From Zancudomyces culisetae HAW-14-8 (taxonomy: Eukaryota; Fungi; Kickxellomycota), in assembly GCA_052426225.1 (NCBI GenBank), contig JBNJNM010000014.1:434001-498000 (forward strand): a DNA stretch of 64,000 nucleotides. Reading direction: 5' to 3'. Positions 51,223-62,428 of this stretch are shown one piece after another. The number at the start of each line of letters is the position of its first letter. Position 1 is the first letter of the stretch. The notes under the pieces are model-generated. The model saw only the letters and a program-made list of their open reading frames with translations. It was not told where the DNA came from and searched no databases. A program made the translations under genes and the position numbers.

Positions 51223-53032
51223 TTAGAACTTTCTATAAATCAAAGAATGGGTTAAATTAAGCAGTGCCTGTCTTGAAGGCGAAGGAGGCAGCAAACAGAG
51301 CGAAGCCATAGCTTTTTCTGCATAAAGATGGACAAGAGTGCGTGTCTTTGCCAGGGCTTGGCCGCTGTGAACCAGGTCCCAAGCAATCTTACAGTCATCA
51401 GGCTCTTTGAATCGTCGAGCAATCAGGGGACCGAGAACACCTGGGTTTTCTTGCCAAGCATACAGCACTGGGGCTGTGGCAATTCCCAACTTCATATCAG
51501 CTCCTTGGACAGGTTTTCCAGCCACCATTTTGCTTGTGGTAGTGAAATCGAGCAAATCATCAACAAGCTATATTTATTATTATCAATGTTAGTTTTAGCA
51601 CTATACCCTCCCCCCCAGATTTTTTTTGTCTTTTTGGAGGAGAGAAAGGATTTTTGATTAATTATGATTGCATTTCAACAATACTTACCTGAAACGCTAT
51701 TCCCAGATTCTTTCCAAAAAGGTAGGCCACTTCTGCGCATTTATCTGAAGTATTTCCCAAAATAGCTGTGGCTCTTGAACTATTAGCAAATAAACTAGCA
51801 GTTTTCAAGTAGGTCTTTTGTAGATAGTAGTTGAATACATCCAGTTCTGATTCATTGAATTTCGAAGAACCAGAATTTCCAAGCTGCTTGAATTCACCTT
51901 CCACCAAGTCCATAATAACAGTGGCCAATAATTCAACTACTTCTGGGTTACGCAGCCTAGCTAGCGACATTGATGCTCGGGCCAAGAAGAAATCCCCAGC
52001 AAGAACCGCCATTTTATTTCCAAAAACTTTGTGTGTGGCAGGCATTCCCCGACGGGTAGCCGCCTGATCTACAATGTCGTCGTGTATCAAACTAGCTGTA
52101 TGAATAAGCTCGGTTATTTCTGCCAACCGTCGTTGAGGTGGAAGCACTACGAGACCATATCCATTGTTGCTTGTGGGCAAGTACATGCTTTTACCGTTGC
52201 TCGCTTCTGCCAACGCTGATCTGATCAATTTGTCACGTACTACACTATCGTTGTCTAGAGAATTGTCAAATAAACTCACATCCATAAATCTATAGTCCTC
52301 TTGATCCATCGATCGTTGCTGTCCAGCAGCATTTAGTCCACTCGATCCCGCTGCACCACTTGCTGAAATCTCTTGGCGATTTTTAACCATATCGTTGACT
52401 GCCTGTGACAGTAATAGTACAACCAATGGCCTGATTTGTTTTCCCGTTGATTGGAAGTAGTATTTTGCTACTTTATTCAATGTTGGATTTTCACTTTCTA
52501 GCAGGCGACTTATATTATCGCTCATGTGTCCCAACTCCTCTTTGACCAGAGCTATGGGGTCTATTCCCTCCATATCCTTCTTTACCAGCTTGATGGCCTT
52601 TTTCAACACCTCCTCATAGCTTTCGCTGTTCACTAACTCCAGATTTTGTAATTCAGCTGCAGATGCGCCCTGTAAATCGCTTTCCTTCAAGCCGATTTCG
52701 CTCGCGTTAATCGGCTCCTTTATCCATTCCAACATTTTTTCGTAGATTTCTTTATTGGCCTCCATGTTCCCACCAAATAATTGCATGTTTAGTTCAGCTT
52801 CATTTATTTTACCTTCAGCAGCCGAGGCGCCTGTTATTGCTGGCTCCAATAGTTTTGGCTTTGATTCATCTTTAAAAGGCAGATTTTTAATTTTTATCGT
52901 TTCTTCTACAAACTTGGATAGTTTCAAGTTGAATAATGCAAATTTTGCTAGAGGCCTTGTCTTTGTGGGTTGTGGTAGGGTATCTTTTACTCTATATATC
53001 GCCTTCTCCACCGATTTCTTCAGAAATGACAT
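51223..53032 (-). CDS. COQ1: Long-chain trans-polyprenyl diphosphate synthase (Coq1/Dps1), 2 exons, about 562 aa
   Basis: Exons 53032-51689 and 51567-51223. Motifs: GKQIRP, ELIHTASLIHDDIVD (first Asp-rich motif), RRG, KTASL, AFQ|LVDDLLD (second), GKP..D..LGIATAPVLYA. Confidence 0.92.
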
Positions 53033-54242
53033 TGCTAAAAGTGATTTATCTCTATACCTCTAGGTTTAAGGATATGTGTGTGTATATCTATCTATCTATC
53101 TATCTATGAAGTGGTTGGTGTTCTACCCGCTATATAGTTGCATAAAGGTTGTATAGCCTTTTTTTGACTGTATCTTACCTTTATATTTAATTGATTTATA
53201 TTGCAAGTAGATTTGTGTTTAAGCTGTTATTTTCTGCATCAGAAAATTTTTTTTCCCTCAAATATCAGGTTTGGCTTGTGTTATAATTAGATTTGGATGA
53301 ATTTATTTATCAATTGTTTTCTAGCCAATCATTTTTTGAACCTCGTAGTAGCTATCTAAACAATTCTAGGCTAGAGTATTCTTTTATCTTGTTATTTAAT
53401 ATTTGCATTAGTAATAGGGACGAAAACAAATCATCCTGCAAAAAAAGCAGTATATTGATACAATCATCTAATAAACTCAATATCCGATAATAGACCTTGA
53501 TGGAGTTTGTCCGTCTTGGTAAGCTAGCAGCTATTAAATTCATTTACGGTTCTTTGATCATTATGTTTAAATATCTTTGTTTTTCTCATCAGATAAGGAG
53601 AAAAAAAGGGGAGTCAAAACACGTTTTCACTTGAAACTAGTGTGTTGATTGGATGTTGTGCTTGTACCCACAGCCGTATACCTTTGCGTAGCTAATACTG
53701 GTGCTGTGGTGGATTGGCGAATTAGGGATTCAGTCTATTTTGTCCTTCTTGGAATACTATATAAAAAAAGAGGGGACACAGCAAATCATTTTTCAGTACT
53801 CATAATAGCAGTTGATAACATAAACTTTAATATCGCAACATTATGATGTACGCTGAATACTGAAGCTAGTTCATAGAAGAGTGGGGAAGGAGAAGAGGTG
53901 ACAGCGATAGTGATATACAAAAAAGTTATTAGCACTAAACTGGGTTGGCAACTCGCTGACAATAAAAAAGATAGTTTTGTTAAAACAATTTACCAGTGCT
54001 GAAAAAATTGAATGCAATAAAAAAAAAGTTTTGTTTTATCGCCTAAGATTCACATTGTTTTTTTATTCGAGGAAGGGGAAGGGGAGGAAGAGAAAGGGAT
54101 AAGGTTAAAATCTGGCTGAATTTTCTTTTATCTAATTAGTATCAAAAATTTTTATTTGAAGGTCAATAAAAGAAAATAATTAAAAAAGCGAAAGTATTAT
54201 TATTTTCTTGCATAATTCGAAATAGAAAATTAAAGAGAAAAA

Positions 54243-54784
54243 ATGGCCGGCGGAGGATTTTACACGATTGCAGGAAGGAAAGTTGCCACTCACCAGGTAA
54301 GTTGGAAATCAGATAATCTCATCTTTATAATTGATAGCATGAACAATGTTTGAAGGGTTCTTGGAATTATATTGCCTGGGTCTGTTTTTTGTTGAATCAC
54401 AATTTTATGCCTTGTGGCTTAGAGATTGTGTTCACGACAGTCCTTAGGGATCTGATCAAGAAAATTTGATCGTTTCCAATTATCGGTTTTAACATACAAA
54501 TTCAAACATGCCTGATAATAACTACAAGTGTCGTAAACACATCCAGAAATATAGAATTGAAAAATATACTAACTTCTCCTCCCTCACCCTTCTTTTTTGA
54601 TATGTTTGGATAGTTGGCAATTGGTGGTCTTGTAGGTTACGGATTGTTGATCAAGGCACTCATGCCAAAACAAAAGGATTTGAAGGCCGATCCACCAATC
54701 AAGGCAAGCTCTGATGATGAATTCAAATTTATCGAGAAATTCATCAAGGAAGCCGAGGCAGAAGATGCAAAGGCACACCACTAA
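54243..54784 (+). CDS. ATP19: Mitochondrial ATP synthase subunit k (Atp19), 74 aa; not in the ORF track
   Basis: Exon 1 is 54243-54296 (MAGGGFYTIAGRKVATHQ), intron 54297-54613, exon 2 54614-54784 (LAIGGLVGYGLLI..PPIKASSDDEFKFIEKFIKEAE). Confidence 0.88.
54375..54544 (+). ncRNA. Candidate intronic H/ACA-like snoRNA
   Basis: Long hairpin 54375-54448, ANANNA box AGAAAA 54459-54464, second stem ATTATCGG/CTGATAAT (54479-54519) and ACA at 54537-54541, all inside an unusually long intron. Confidence 0.4.
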
Positions 54785-56490
54785 AAGCAAACAAATCATC
54801 CAAAATACAATAGTTTTGTTTTGAAGAACGAGACAACTAACGTATAATTTTGTGTGCTTTCTAGCCTTCCAAAGTATTTTTTTTTTCATTGTTTGATTAA
54901 AGTTTGCTTTTGAAGAATCTAATAAAATACATTTATATCGTTTCCCTGAGTATGTTTATGATTATCGTTAATAGTGGTCTACACCACACGTTCTATCGGT
55001 AGTTGAATTCGGCTTTACAGAACATCATTCGCATTAGTGGGAATATCGGCGATGGTTGATGGATCATATTGGAAGCAAGCAACGCTGTTTTGATTCAAGT
55101 AGGAGGTGGAGGAACCCTGTTTGAAAGTAATAAATAGGATAAATTGTTAAAGATTATTTTTTCAATGCGTAAATCTAAAAATAACAGAATCCTGTACATG
55201 GCTGATGGTATGATTTCGTGATATACAAGTGCTTCAAATAATGTTTAGTAGCTATTGATTTTTTATTTTTTACAACAAAGGAAGCTCTGATAAGCCTGCA
55301 GTTGTGAAGCATACATATATAATAAATAGGAGAAAGCGAAAAGGATATATCCCGACTTTGGTGTTTCCGATCTACTAGACTGGTATCTTCTAAACACACT
55401 CAGCAATCATTCACACTCGTCTACACCAACATCTACACCTCGCTGTGTTGTTGAGGATGACCCTCGTACTTTTTCATCAATCTCTGAGCTATTGACTCAA
55501 TTCCCCACCTCTGGCGATCCTGATTACAAGAGGTTAGAGGCTCAGCTAGCCAAATTTGCGTGTCATCTTTTGTGATGATTTTTTACTTTTACCCATTTTG
55601 TGTTTCAATCTTTGCATTTTTGAGGATGTTAGTAAACAAACCTGCATTTAAGAGCATGGAATTTATTTTGTATTGTATAGAGTTCATTATTGTAAGGCTA
55701 GTTTGAACACTGCATGCTGTTAATAATATAGAAAAGCGTCAATCCAACAAAGATGTATCTCCAGTTTTGGTTTGTAGTGAAATTGGTGCGACATGCCTTT
55801 TGTTGGTATCAAGTAATAAGAAAAACAGAGTACAACCCTAAAATTTAACAATAGCACAGTATCTAGACACTAGTTAAATATTTTGCAATACTATTCCCCA
55901 AGAATTCTATTACTGTGGATAGTCAACTGAAACGTGTATCATCCATCAGCGTATTCTTAGACTCCGCTACCTCTGACATCACACTAAAATATCAAAATTG
56001 ATTAATTTTCCACAAATAATAGACCAAAGCTGATTCAGTAGCTTATGCAGTTTGTACATAATATGCAAAAGATACATACTCTACTCTTTGCAGATACCAT
56101 TTTGGGTTTTTTTATATCAGCTTGCAAAATACAGCGCAATTATTTTTTCATTGGGCAAGCTCATTCTTTCTAGAAAAAAGAAAGTTTTGGAAAGAAAAGT
56201 ACCTTCTATAAACCAATTTCAACTTTTATCCACCCCAACTTCGTGTTCGTAATATACTCCTACACTTAGATATGGAAGTACATTTAACCAATATTCCTAT
56301 AGCTTTCCTTATACTTTTGACATACCAATATGTTTTGATATATAACCCCTTAGCTTCCTTCCCAATTTAAAAACCAACCTTATATACTTTTTAAACTTAA
56401 CAATAAGCTATTTATATTGTATATATTAAAACCTCGTGTCCATCTCAACTACAATATCTCAAAAATCGCGCAAGTTTTTTTATAGTTATA

Positions 56491-59400
56491 ATGAGTAAAC
56501 AAACGAAAATAACCTTTAACCAACTCACTGAAGAAATTGCGTTCCGAATACTTTCATACTATGGTGATCCTTGTTTATCAACACTGACCAGAAATTTTTA
56601 TAATGCTGTGAATAGTTCAAAGTTGTTAGACCTCTTGGTTCAGGAGACTTTTAAGAAATACAAAAAAGACCATGAAAAAATATGTAATGACTACTATGAG
56701 TATGATTATTATGGATCGTCCAATGTACAAGATCGATATTCCAAAGACCTGAATGAGTATAAAAATTATCTGATCTTTCTCAAAAAATATCCATTAATTG
56801 CGAAGCACAAACAAATATCTATAGGCCTACTGTCGTATTTTAACAACATTTCATACTCAGAGTTGTTTGAATTGGCACTGTCACAGAAATGGGATCAAAC
56901 TGTTGAAAATCTTACCTCATTTTATGTAGTATACGATAAAAATGGCGACAAAATTATATTTGAGAGCACAACCCTGCTTGAGGGATACCAAGTCACGGTG
57001 ACAATCGACTGGTACGATGTGAAGGACAAGTACTGCCAAAGTACTGTTATCAAGACAAAGGATTACTTAGTAGTTCCTCTGTTCTATGCCCATTTTCAAC
57101 CGAATCACAAAAAATCCTTGACTTGGCATTTCTCTGACAATGTGAAAACTTTCAAACGATGTTTTGGCAAAGGTAGTGGTTTCAGTGAACTGTTTTACTA
57201 TGACATTCATGTTGTGGATTCAAAAGTCAAAAAATTGGATGAAATCAAGCAAGTTCTAAAGCTGTACAACATACCTATTGATGCCTCACATATCGAGGAA
57301 AAAGATAAAGAGGTCAAAAATCAACTAGAAGGTCTAAGATTATCTGACAATCTCATCATGGGATATTATCTGGTGCACAAAATCTACAATGCCATTTCAC
57401 TCAATCGACTTGACATTATGTTGTACATGATAGACATTGAGTATAAATTTGATTTTAAATACATAGTCACCGAACTTGGTACCAACGATTTCATGAAAAT
57501 GAAACTCCAAAAGTTTAATGTACTGACAAAAAAGATCGACTTGGGTTTGAACCAGGTGTATCTCTTTTCTATTTACGTTTCGATTGTAGAAAATCGGCCA
57601 GGATTAACAAGAGCTTTGATCAGCCACAAGTTATTTGAGACCAATAAGGAACTGGTGTTTGATGTGGTTGCAATAACTCACGATATTGATCTTCTCGCTA
57701 GCGTATATTTGAAGTTGGAGTATTCTAAAGACAAAATAAGCACCCTGTTATCAAGAGTATACTATTCAGATGATATAACTCTGTTGATAAAGCTATTGAA
57801 TGCTGGTGTGAACGTTATTGAACCAAAAAACTATGCTCTACGAATTGCATGTAGTAACCTTGAGCTAAAACTGGTAGAAAGACTATTTGAAATGGGTGCT
57901 ACATTGGAGGGAAATGAGAATTGTTGTTTAACTGAAGTTGTGAGAGACAAAGGCTACCAGATCTTGGATCGATTGTTTCCAGGAAAACAAATAACTATAT
58001 CACCGGACAATAAGGCAGATATTAGCAATTTCAAACAGATACTAACATTCCTATGTGACCATTGCGAGTTTTTTACTTTTAAAAAAAGATGTCTAAATTA
58101 CAAGATAATAGTTGATCTACTTTCCAATGGTAGGATTGATGATTTGATTGAAAGTTTTGACAATGAATTGGAATTGTTATTCTACAATAAGGAATATAAA
58201 GAACATTATAGCTATTTGGTCATATTGAGAGAACTTTTAGTTTCGATTATAAACAATCCACCTGTCACTGCTCAAGCAGAAACGGATCAGAAAGTTAGAA
58301 TATTAGCAATTATCAATAAAGGAAATCAGTCTAATAATGTGAACGACGAGTATTATCAACAAATAATCGAAGAAATAGATGTTTTGAGGCAGAATATACT
58401 AAAAATACTCGTAAACCATGGGCTTGGAGCAAAACACGACGGTACAAGTGTGGTACTACAGCATATAGCCAAAACTATCTATAATTTGCAGCCATTTATT
58501 GAAAATGGTGAAAATTTTGAAAAACATTGTGACAAGATGATTACAATAGCATGCGAGTCCAACGATTCTGTGTACTTGGAATATTTGTCGTTTGCAGGGG
58601 TTGGTTTCAAAGATATATCTGACTGTATCAAGATAGCATGTAGAAACAATAATTTGGAAATTGCAAAACTGTTGCTAAGCAAAGGGGGTTTTTATAATAC
58701 TGGTGGTTGTGGGTTTGTACATGCAGCCAAATACAAGAACTGTGAGCTGATAGCTTTACTTCTAGAATATGGGATAGGAGTTTCGTACATCTCACCAAAA
58801 TTAGCTGAAATGGCTTGTGAACTTAATAGCATAAACTTAATTTCCACGCTACTTTGCCTTGGGTTCAATACAAAACAGCGTCAGTTCAATGGTCTGGATA
58901 TTGCCTGTAAAAATAATAATCTTGAAATTGTCAACTTTCTACTGAAAAAGCGTGTTAATATAAACTATAAAACATTTTGTTGGTTCAAGGATGCCGCTAG
59001 TGCTGGAAATATTCAGCTGATACAAGCTCTTGTTGACGGTGGTGTACGACTATCGTCGGTCAAACCTGCTTTTAATGGACTGTTGGATGCAATCAATAGT
59101 AACGACACTGAAGTGTTCAAAATTTTGTCTACTAATGGTGCAGACTACTCGTGCATTGACAAAGAGGCAATTAAAAAAGTGGTTTCCAACCAGAATATTG
59201 AAATGCTGAGAATTATACACTCAGATGCTAAACACCGGTTTCCTTTTTTCTCCATTGATTATTCTGAAGTAGTTAAAACAGAAAACAGAGAGCTCGTTGA
59301 TGCACTATTAACATATCGCGTTAAACCGATAAATTGTTGTAAAAGTGGGTTTTATGAAGCGTGTGTTGCAAATGATACACATATCGCCAAGCTTATTTTG

Positions 59401-60261
59401 AGCGTAGACTCAAGATTATGTGTTCATACTGAAAGCTACTATAAGGTTATTGCAAAGAATGATAATAGAGAGATAATCGATGAAATACTTAAACTAAGTT
59501 CCAATGATAATATCGACGATAAGTATAGTATAATACTTCGAAATATTTGTGAAGTTAACAATATGTGTATGCTCGAATGGCTTCTAAGTAAAGAGTTGAA
59601 TCTTAGAACATACAAACATAATGGGATAAAAGAAGCATGCCAAAATAATAATCTTGAAGTGGTTAGATCGCTAATAAAACATGGTGCCAAACCATGGAAT
59701 GAAAAGCATGCCGGAATACCTGAAGCAGCCAGTCACGGAAATGTCGAGATCATCGAATTACTTCTAGAACATGGCGCGAAAGTTGAGAATACAACGTACA
59801 ATGGGCTTAGAGAATCACTCAAAAACAACAAATTTGATAGCTTTGAAATTTTGATGAATAATGGTGCGTGGATACCTGAACTAGTTTCATATACACGCAT
59901 CCTCAAAAAAAAATCACTGATTTTGTCTTTTGTGTTTGAAAATCCCATTCTGACAAGGAATATTACAAAATTCGTTTTTGATAGGGCTATAAAAACCATA
60001 GCTTTTGATAAAACTAGCAATTCAGGCGGAGGGAATACTGTGATACTTGACGAGTCCTTTATTTTGTTGGAGACATTCCAAGAAAATAGAAAAGATATTG
60101 CAGAACTCTTACTGAAATGTGGTTGTAGTTTGGATGGTGTACTAAATCAGTGTATTATGGCTGCAATCGCACATAAAAATAGACCGCTGCTACAGTTGAT
60201 ATTTGCGTATGATGAGAGTTTAGATGAAACGATAAGAGATGAACTATTTGCACTTTTATAA
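56491..60261 (+). CDS. Ankyrin-repeat protein with N-terminal F-box-like motif, intronless, 1256 aa
   Basis: N-terminal FNQLTEEIAFRILSY and many ankyrin-like units (IACRNNNLEIAKLLLSKG, IACKNNNLEIVNFLL, EAASHGNVEIIELLLEHGA). Confidence 0.88.
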   Translation: MSKQTKITFNQLTEEIAFRILSYYGDPCLSTLTRNFYNAVNSSKLLDLLVQETFKKYKKDHEKICNDYYEYDYYGSSNVQDRYSKDLNEYKNYLIFLKKYPLIAKHKQISIGLLSYFNNISYSELFELALSQKWDQTVENLTSFYVVYDKNGDKIIFESTTLLEGYQVTVTIDWYDVKDKYCQSTVIKTKDYLVVPLFYAHFQPNHKKSLTWHFSDNVKTFKRCFGKGSGFSELFYYDIHVVDSKVKKLDEIKQVLKLYNIPIDASHIEEKDKEVKNQLEGLRLSDNLIMGYYLVHKIYNAISLNRLDIMLYMIDIEYKFDFKYIVTELGTNDFMKMKLQKFNVLTKKIDLGLNQVYLFSIYVSIVENRPGLTRALISHKLFETNKELVFDVVAITHDIDLLASVYLKLEYSKDKISTLLSRVYYSDDITLLIKLLNAGVNVIEPKNYALRIACSNLELKLVERLFEMGATLEGNENCCLTEVVRDKGYQILDRLFPGKQITISPDNKADISNFKQILTFLCDHCEFFTFKKRCLNYKIIVDLLSNGRIDDLIESFDNELELLFYNKEYKEHYSYLVILRELLVSIINNPPVTAQAETDQKVRILAIINKGNQSNNVNDEYYQQIIEEIDVLRQNILKILVNHGLGAKHDGTSVVLQHIAKTIYNLQPFIENGENFEKHCDKMITIACESNDSVYLEYLSFAGVGFKDISDCIKIACRNNNLEIAKLLLSKGGFYNTGGCGFVHAAKYKNCELIALLLEYGIGVSYISPKLAEMACELNSINLISTLLCLGFNTKQRQFNGLDIACKNNNLEIVNFLLKKRVNINYKTFCWFKDAASAGNIQLIQALVDGGVRLSSVKPAFNGLLDAINSNDTEVFKILSTNGADYSCIDKEAIKKVVSNQNIEMLRIIHSDAKHRFPFFSIDYSEVVKTENRELVDALLTYRVKPINCCKSGFYEACVANDTHIAKLILSVDSRLCVHTESYYKVIAKNDNREIIDEILKLSSNDNIDDKYSIILRNICEVNNMCMLEWLLSKELNLRTYKHNGIKEACQNNNLEVVRSLIKHGAKPWNEKHAGIPEAASHGNVEIIELLLEHGAKVENTTYNGLRESLKNNKFDSFEILMNNGAWIPELVSYTRILKKKSLILSFVFENPILTRNITKFVFDRAIKTIAFDKTSNSGGGNTVILDESFILLETFQENRKDIAELLLKCGCSLDGVLNQCIMAAIAHKNRPLLQLIFAYDESLDETIRDELFALL

Positions 60262-61081
60262 GTTTATTTTTGCATTTTCTTTATACATTTTTTTAAACTA
60301 CATTTACTGAAGCTAATCGCAAATAAATACAACAATTTTCCACTATCAACTTTGTCAATATATTTTGGTCTCAACTATAGAGTATCGCAAAAAAAAAAAC
60401 CACCCAACTGTGCGAAAACGCCGAAGAATTAGATTTTTGAAACAGAACTCTAAGTGCCATTCTGGCTGATCTAGTGACTGTGTAAAGTAATAAAGATTGA
60501 GTGATGGAATAATGTATAAACTATACCTGCTTAAACCAAAATTCAAACTCAAATTCAATTGTTAATATCTGAATCAAAGAGTGCATTTTTTTTACCATAA
60601 TTTTACGTTTATGATATAGCACAATACGGTTAATGTACCATTCTATTCTTGAGGGAAAGACTCCGTGATGTCTCTAAAAAGACAACACGGACTCAGCTTC
60701 ATAGGCTGTATTTACCTGTCTCGATTCTGTATATTTGCAGTCTAGCAAAAATGGGCTAGCGAACTGGCTCCAGCAACTAGAAACCGTTTCATTTCTGTAT
60801 TCACAAGGAATGTGATTCTGGCCAATAAAAATATGATGAATTAGAAATTGTTCATGGCATTTGAAATTGTGTAATTTCTGGAACTCATTTAGAAATCCAA
60901 AATCATAAATGCGGATAGCCTATTATTATACACGAGTCGTCTAGACAAAAATATATTGTTATTTGGTTCTTATAGCTCAGTGAAATTATTTCTTTTCAAG
61001 GTTGGTTTAAACCGATGCGAATTCACAAAACTAAGAAAAATAATGAGTATTCGAACTTGAAAAAACTTTAAAAACTTCAAA

Positions 61082-61651
61082 ATGGATCCCTTGGATTTCA
61101 GAGAAGCTTGTAAATTCAGTGCAATTCCAGATCATGTACTATCCAAGATATTCACACTATCACAAAATCCGAATGTGGCTCTGGTGAATAAAAGGATGTA
61201 CTATGTATCTCAGGAAGAATACACAGTTAGTGAGTACATACTCCAGTATGTCAATAACAATACACAAAATGATTTTTCCACAAATTTGGATAGAATGGTC
61301 TGCCGCTTTGAAAAGCTGAGTATAACAGAGTCTATAGGTATACTAGTACTCAAAAAATCAAAGGGGTTAAAGTATAAAGAAACGGTAGAACTGGCTCTAA
61401 TGAATGGGTGGTGTACTGTTTTAAAGGCGCTATTTGGAATGTATGTTTTCGTTGAAAGAGATACCTTGAGGATTCTGTACAAAAACACCACGTTTATTGA
61501 GAAGGGAAAAATGCTGGATATAGAGATGGATCAAATGGATTTGTGTGTGCGTGACGTTACTACAGAGTTATCAGATATAACTGTTTCGAAGAATATCTGT
61601 GTTAAACCCCTGGTTGCTACAAAAAACAGCATTTCCTTCTCCCATTTCTAG
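61082..61651 (+). pseudogene. Truncated paralogue of the F-box-like/ankyrin gene (N-terminal domain only, 189 aa); pseudogene or short functional variant
   Basis: Aligns to the N-terminus of 56491-60261: FSAIPDHVLSKIF vs FNQLTEEIAFRIL, YKETVELALMNGW vs YSELFELALSQKW, RILYKNTTFIE vs KIIFESTTLLE, VKPL vs VVPL. No ankyrin repeats are seen downstream. Confidence 0.6.
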
Positions 61652-62354
61652 GGATCATGTGAAATTAGGGAATAATTATAGTAAGAATAATGACGAGGTT
61701 GGATCGTGTCGCGTTTTTGGAGGGAAGAATAGGCGTGAACGAATGGATACAAATCATTTTGAGTGCATAAATGCTATTTGATTAGGTTTTCTGTGATCTA
61801 TTTGGGTTCAAGAACTTAGTAATTGGATATGGAAGGAAGATTCATATCACATTTCTATCTAATGATCATAATTTTTTAATACGAAAAAAAGTCATGATTT
61901 ACAAGTACAAAAAAAAAAAGAAAGGCTAGCAAATACAGCTGAAGATCAATACTAACACACCTAAATTAAAAGTATTGCAAAAAAAGCCAATAGACTGGTG
62001 GCTGAGTGTGTAGAGAACTATGTGCTAAGGATCCACATTCTTCCCATTTCTCGGGTAAAGAAAGAATAGATAAAGGTGATTTTTTTATTTGTTTAAAGGA
62101 AATGCCTCTTATCTACTTTGATCTATCTCACACTCACACTCTATCAAATAACAAATAGGCTTGGTTGTATAAAAGTTTTGAAAAAGATTGAAACCACTTG
62201 AACTATTTCAAAAAATATAAACACGCAAATAAACTAGATGAATCGATAAAGGTCAAATGTGTAACAGATACATTTAGTGCAAATGAAATAAAATATCGTG
62301 AGATTGGTGTGATAACGATCAATGCGGTCTTTTATTACAAAGTATTTTTCTTTT

Positions 62355-62428
62355 ATTTTTTTATTGTTTTATTGTTTTATTGTTTTATTGTTTTATTATT
62401 TTATTATTTTATTATTTTATTATTTTAG
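62355..62428. repeat. Low-complexity (TTTTATTG/TTTTATTA)n repeat
   Basis: Tandem 8-mers read directly. Confidence 0.75.

Noticed and set aside
51681-51691. ATACTTACCTG, matching the U1 snRNA 5' end
   Set aside because: It is the reverse complement of the COQ1 intron donor.
55440-55550. TGT TGT TGA GGA TGA (C-C-U-G-stop), resembling a selenoprotein C-terminus; some early-diverging fungi use selenocysteine
   Set aside because: The upstream frame resembles no selenoprotein I know, and the downstream hairpin lacks a proper SECIS quartet and AA loop. SECISearch would settle it.
60965-61025. GGTTCTTATAGCTCAGTG, a tRNA-like 5' end
   Set aside because: No T-arm GTTCRA, anticodon stem or matching acceptor strand.
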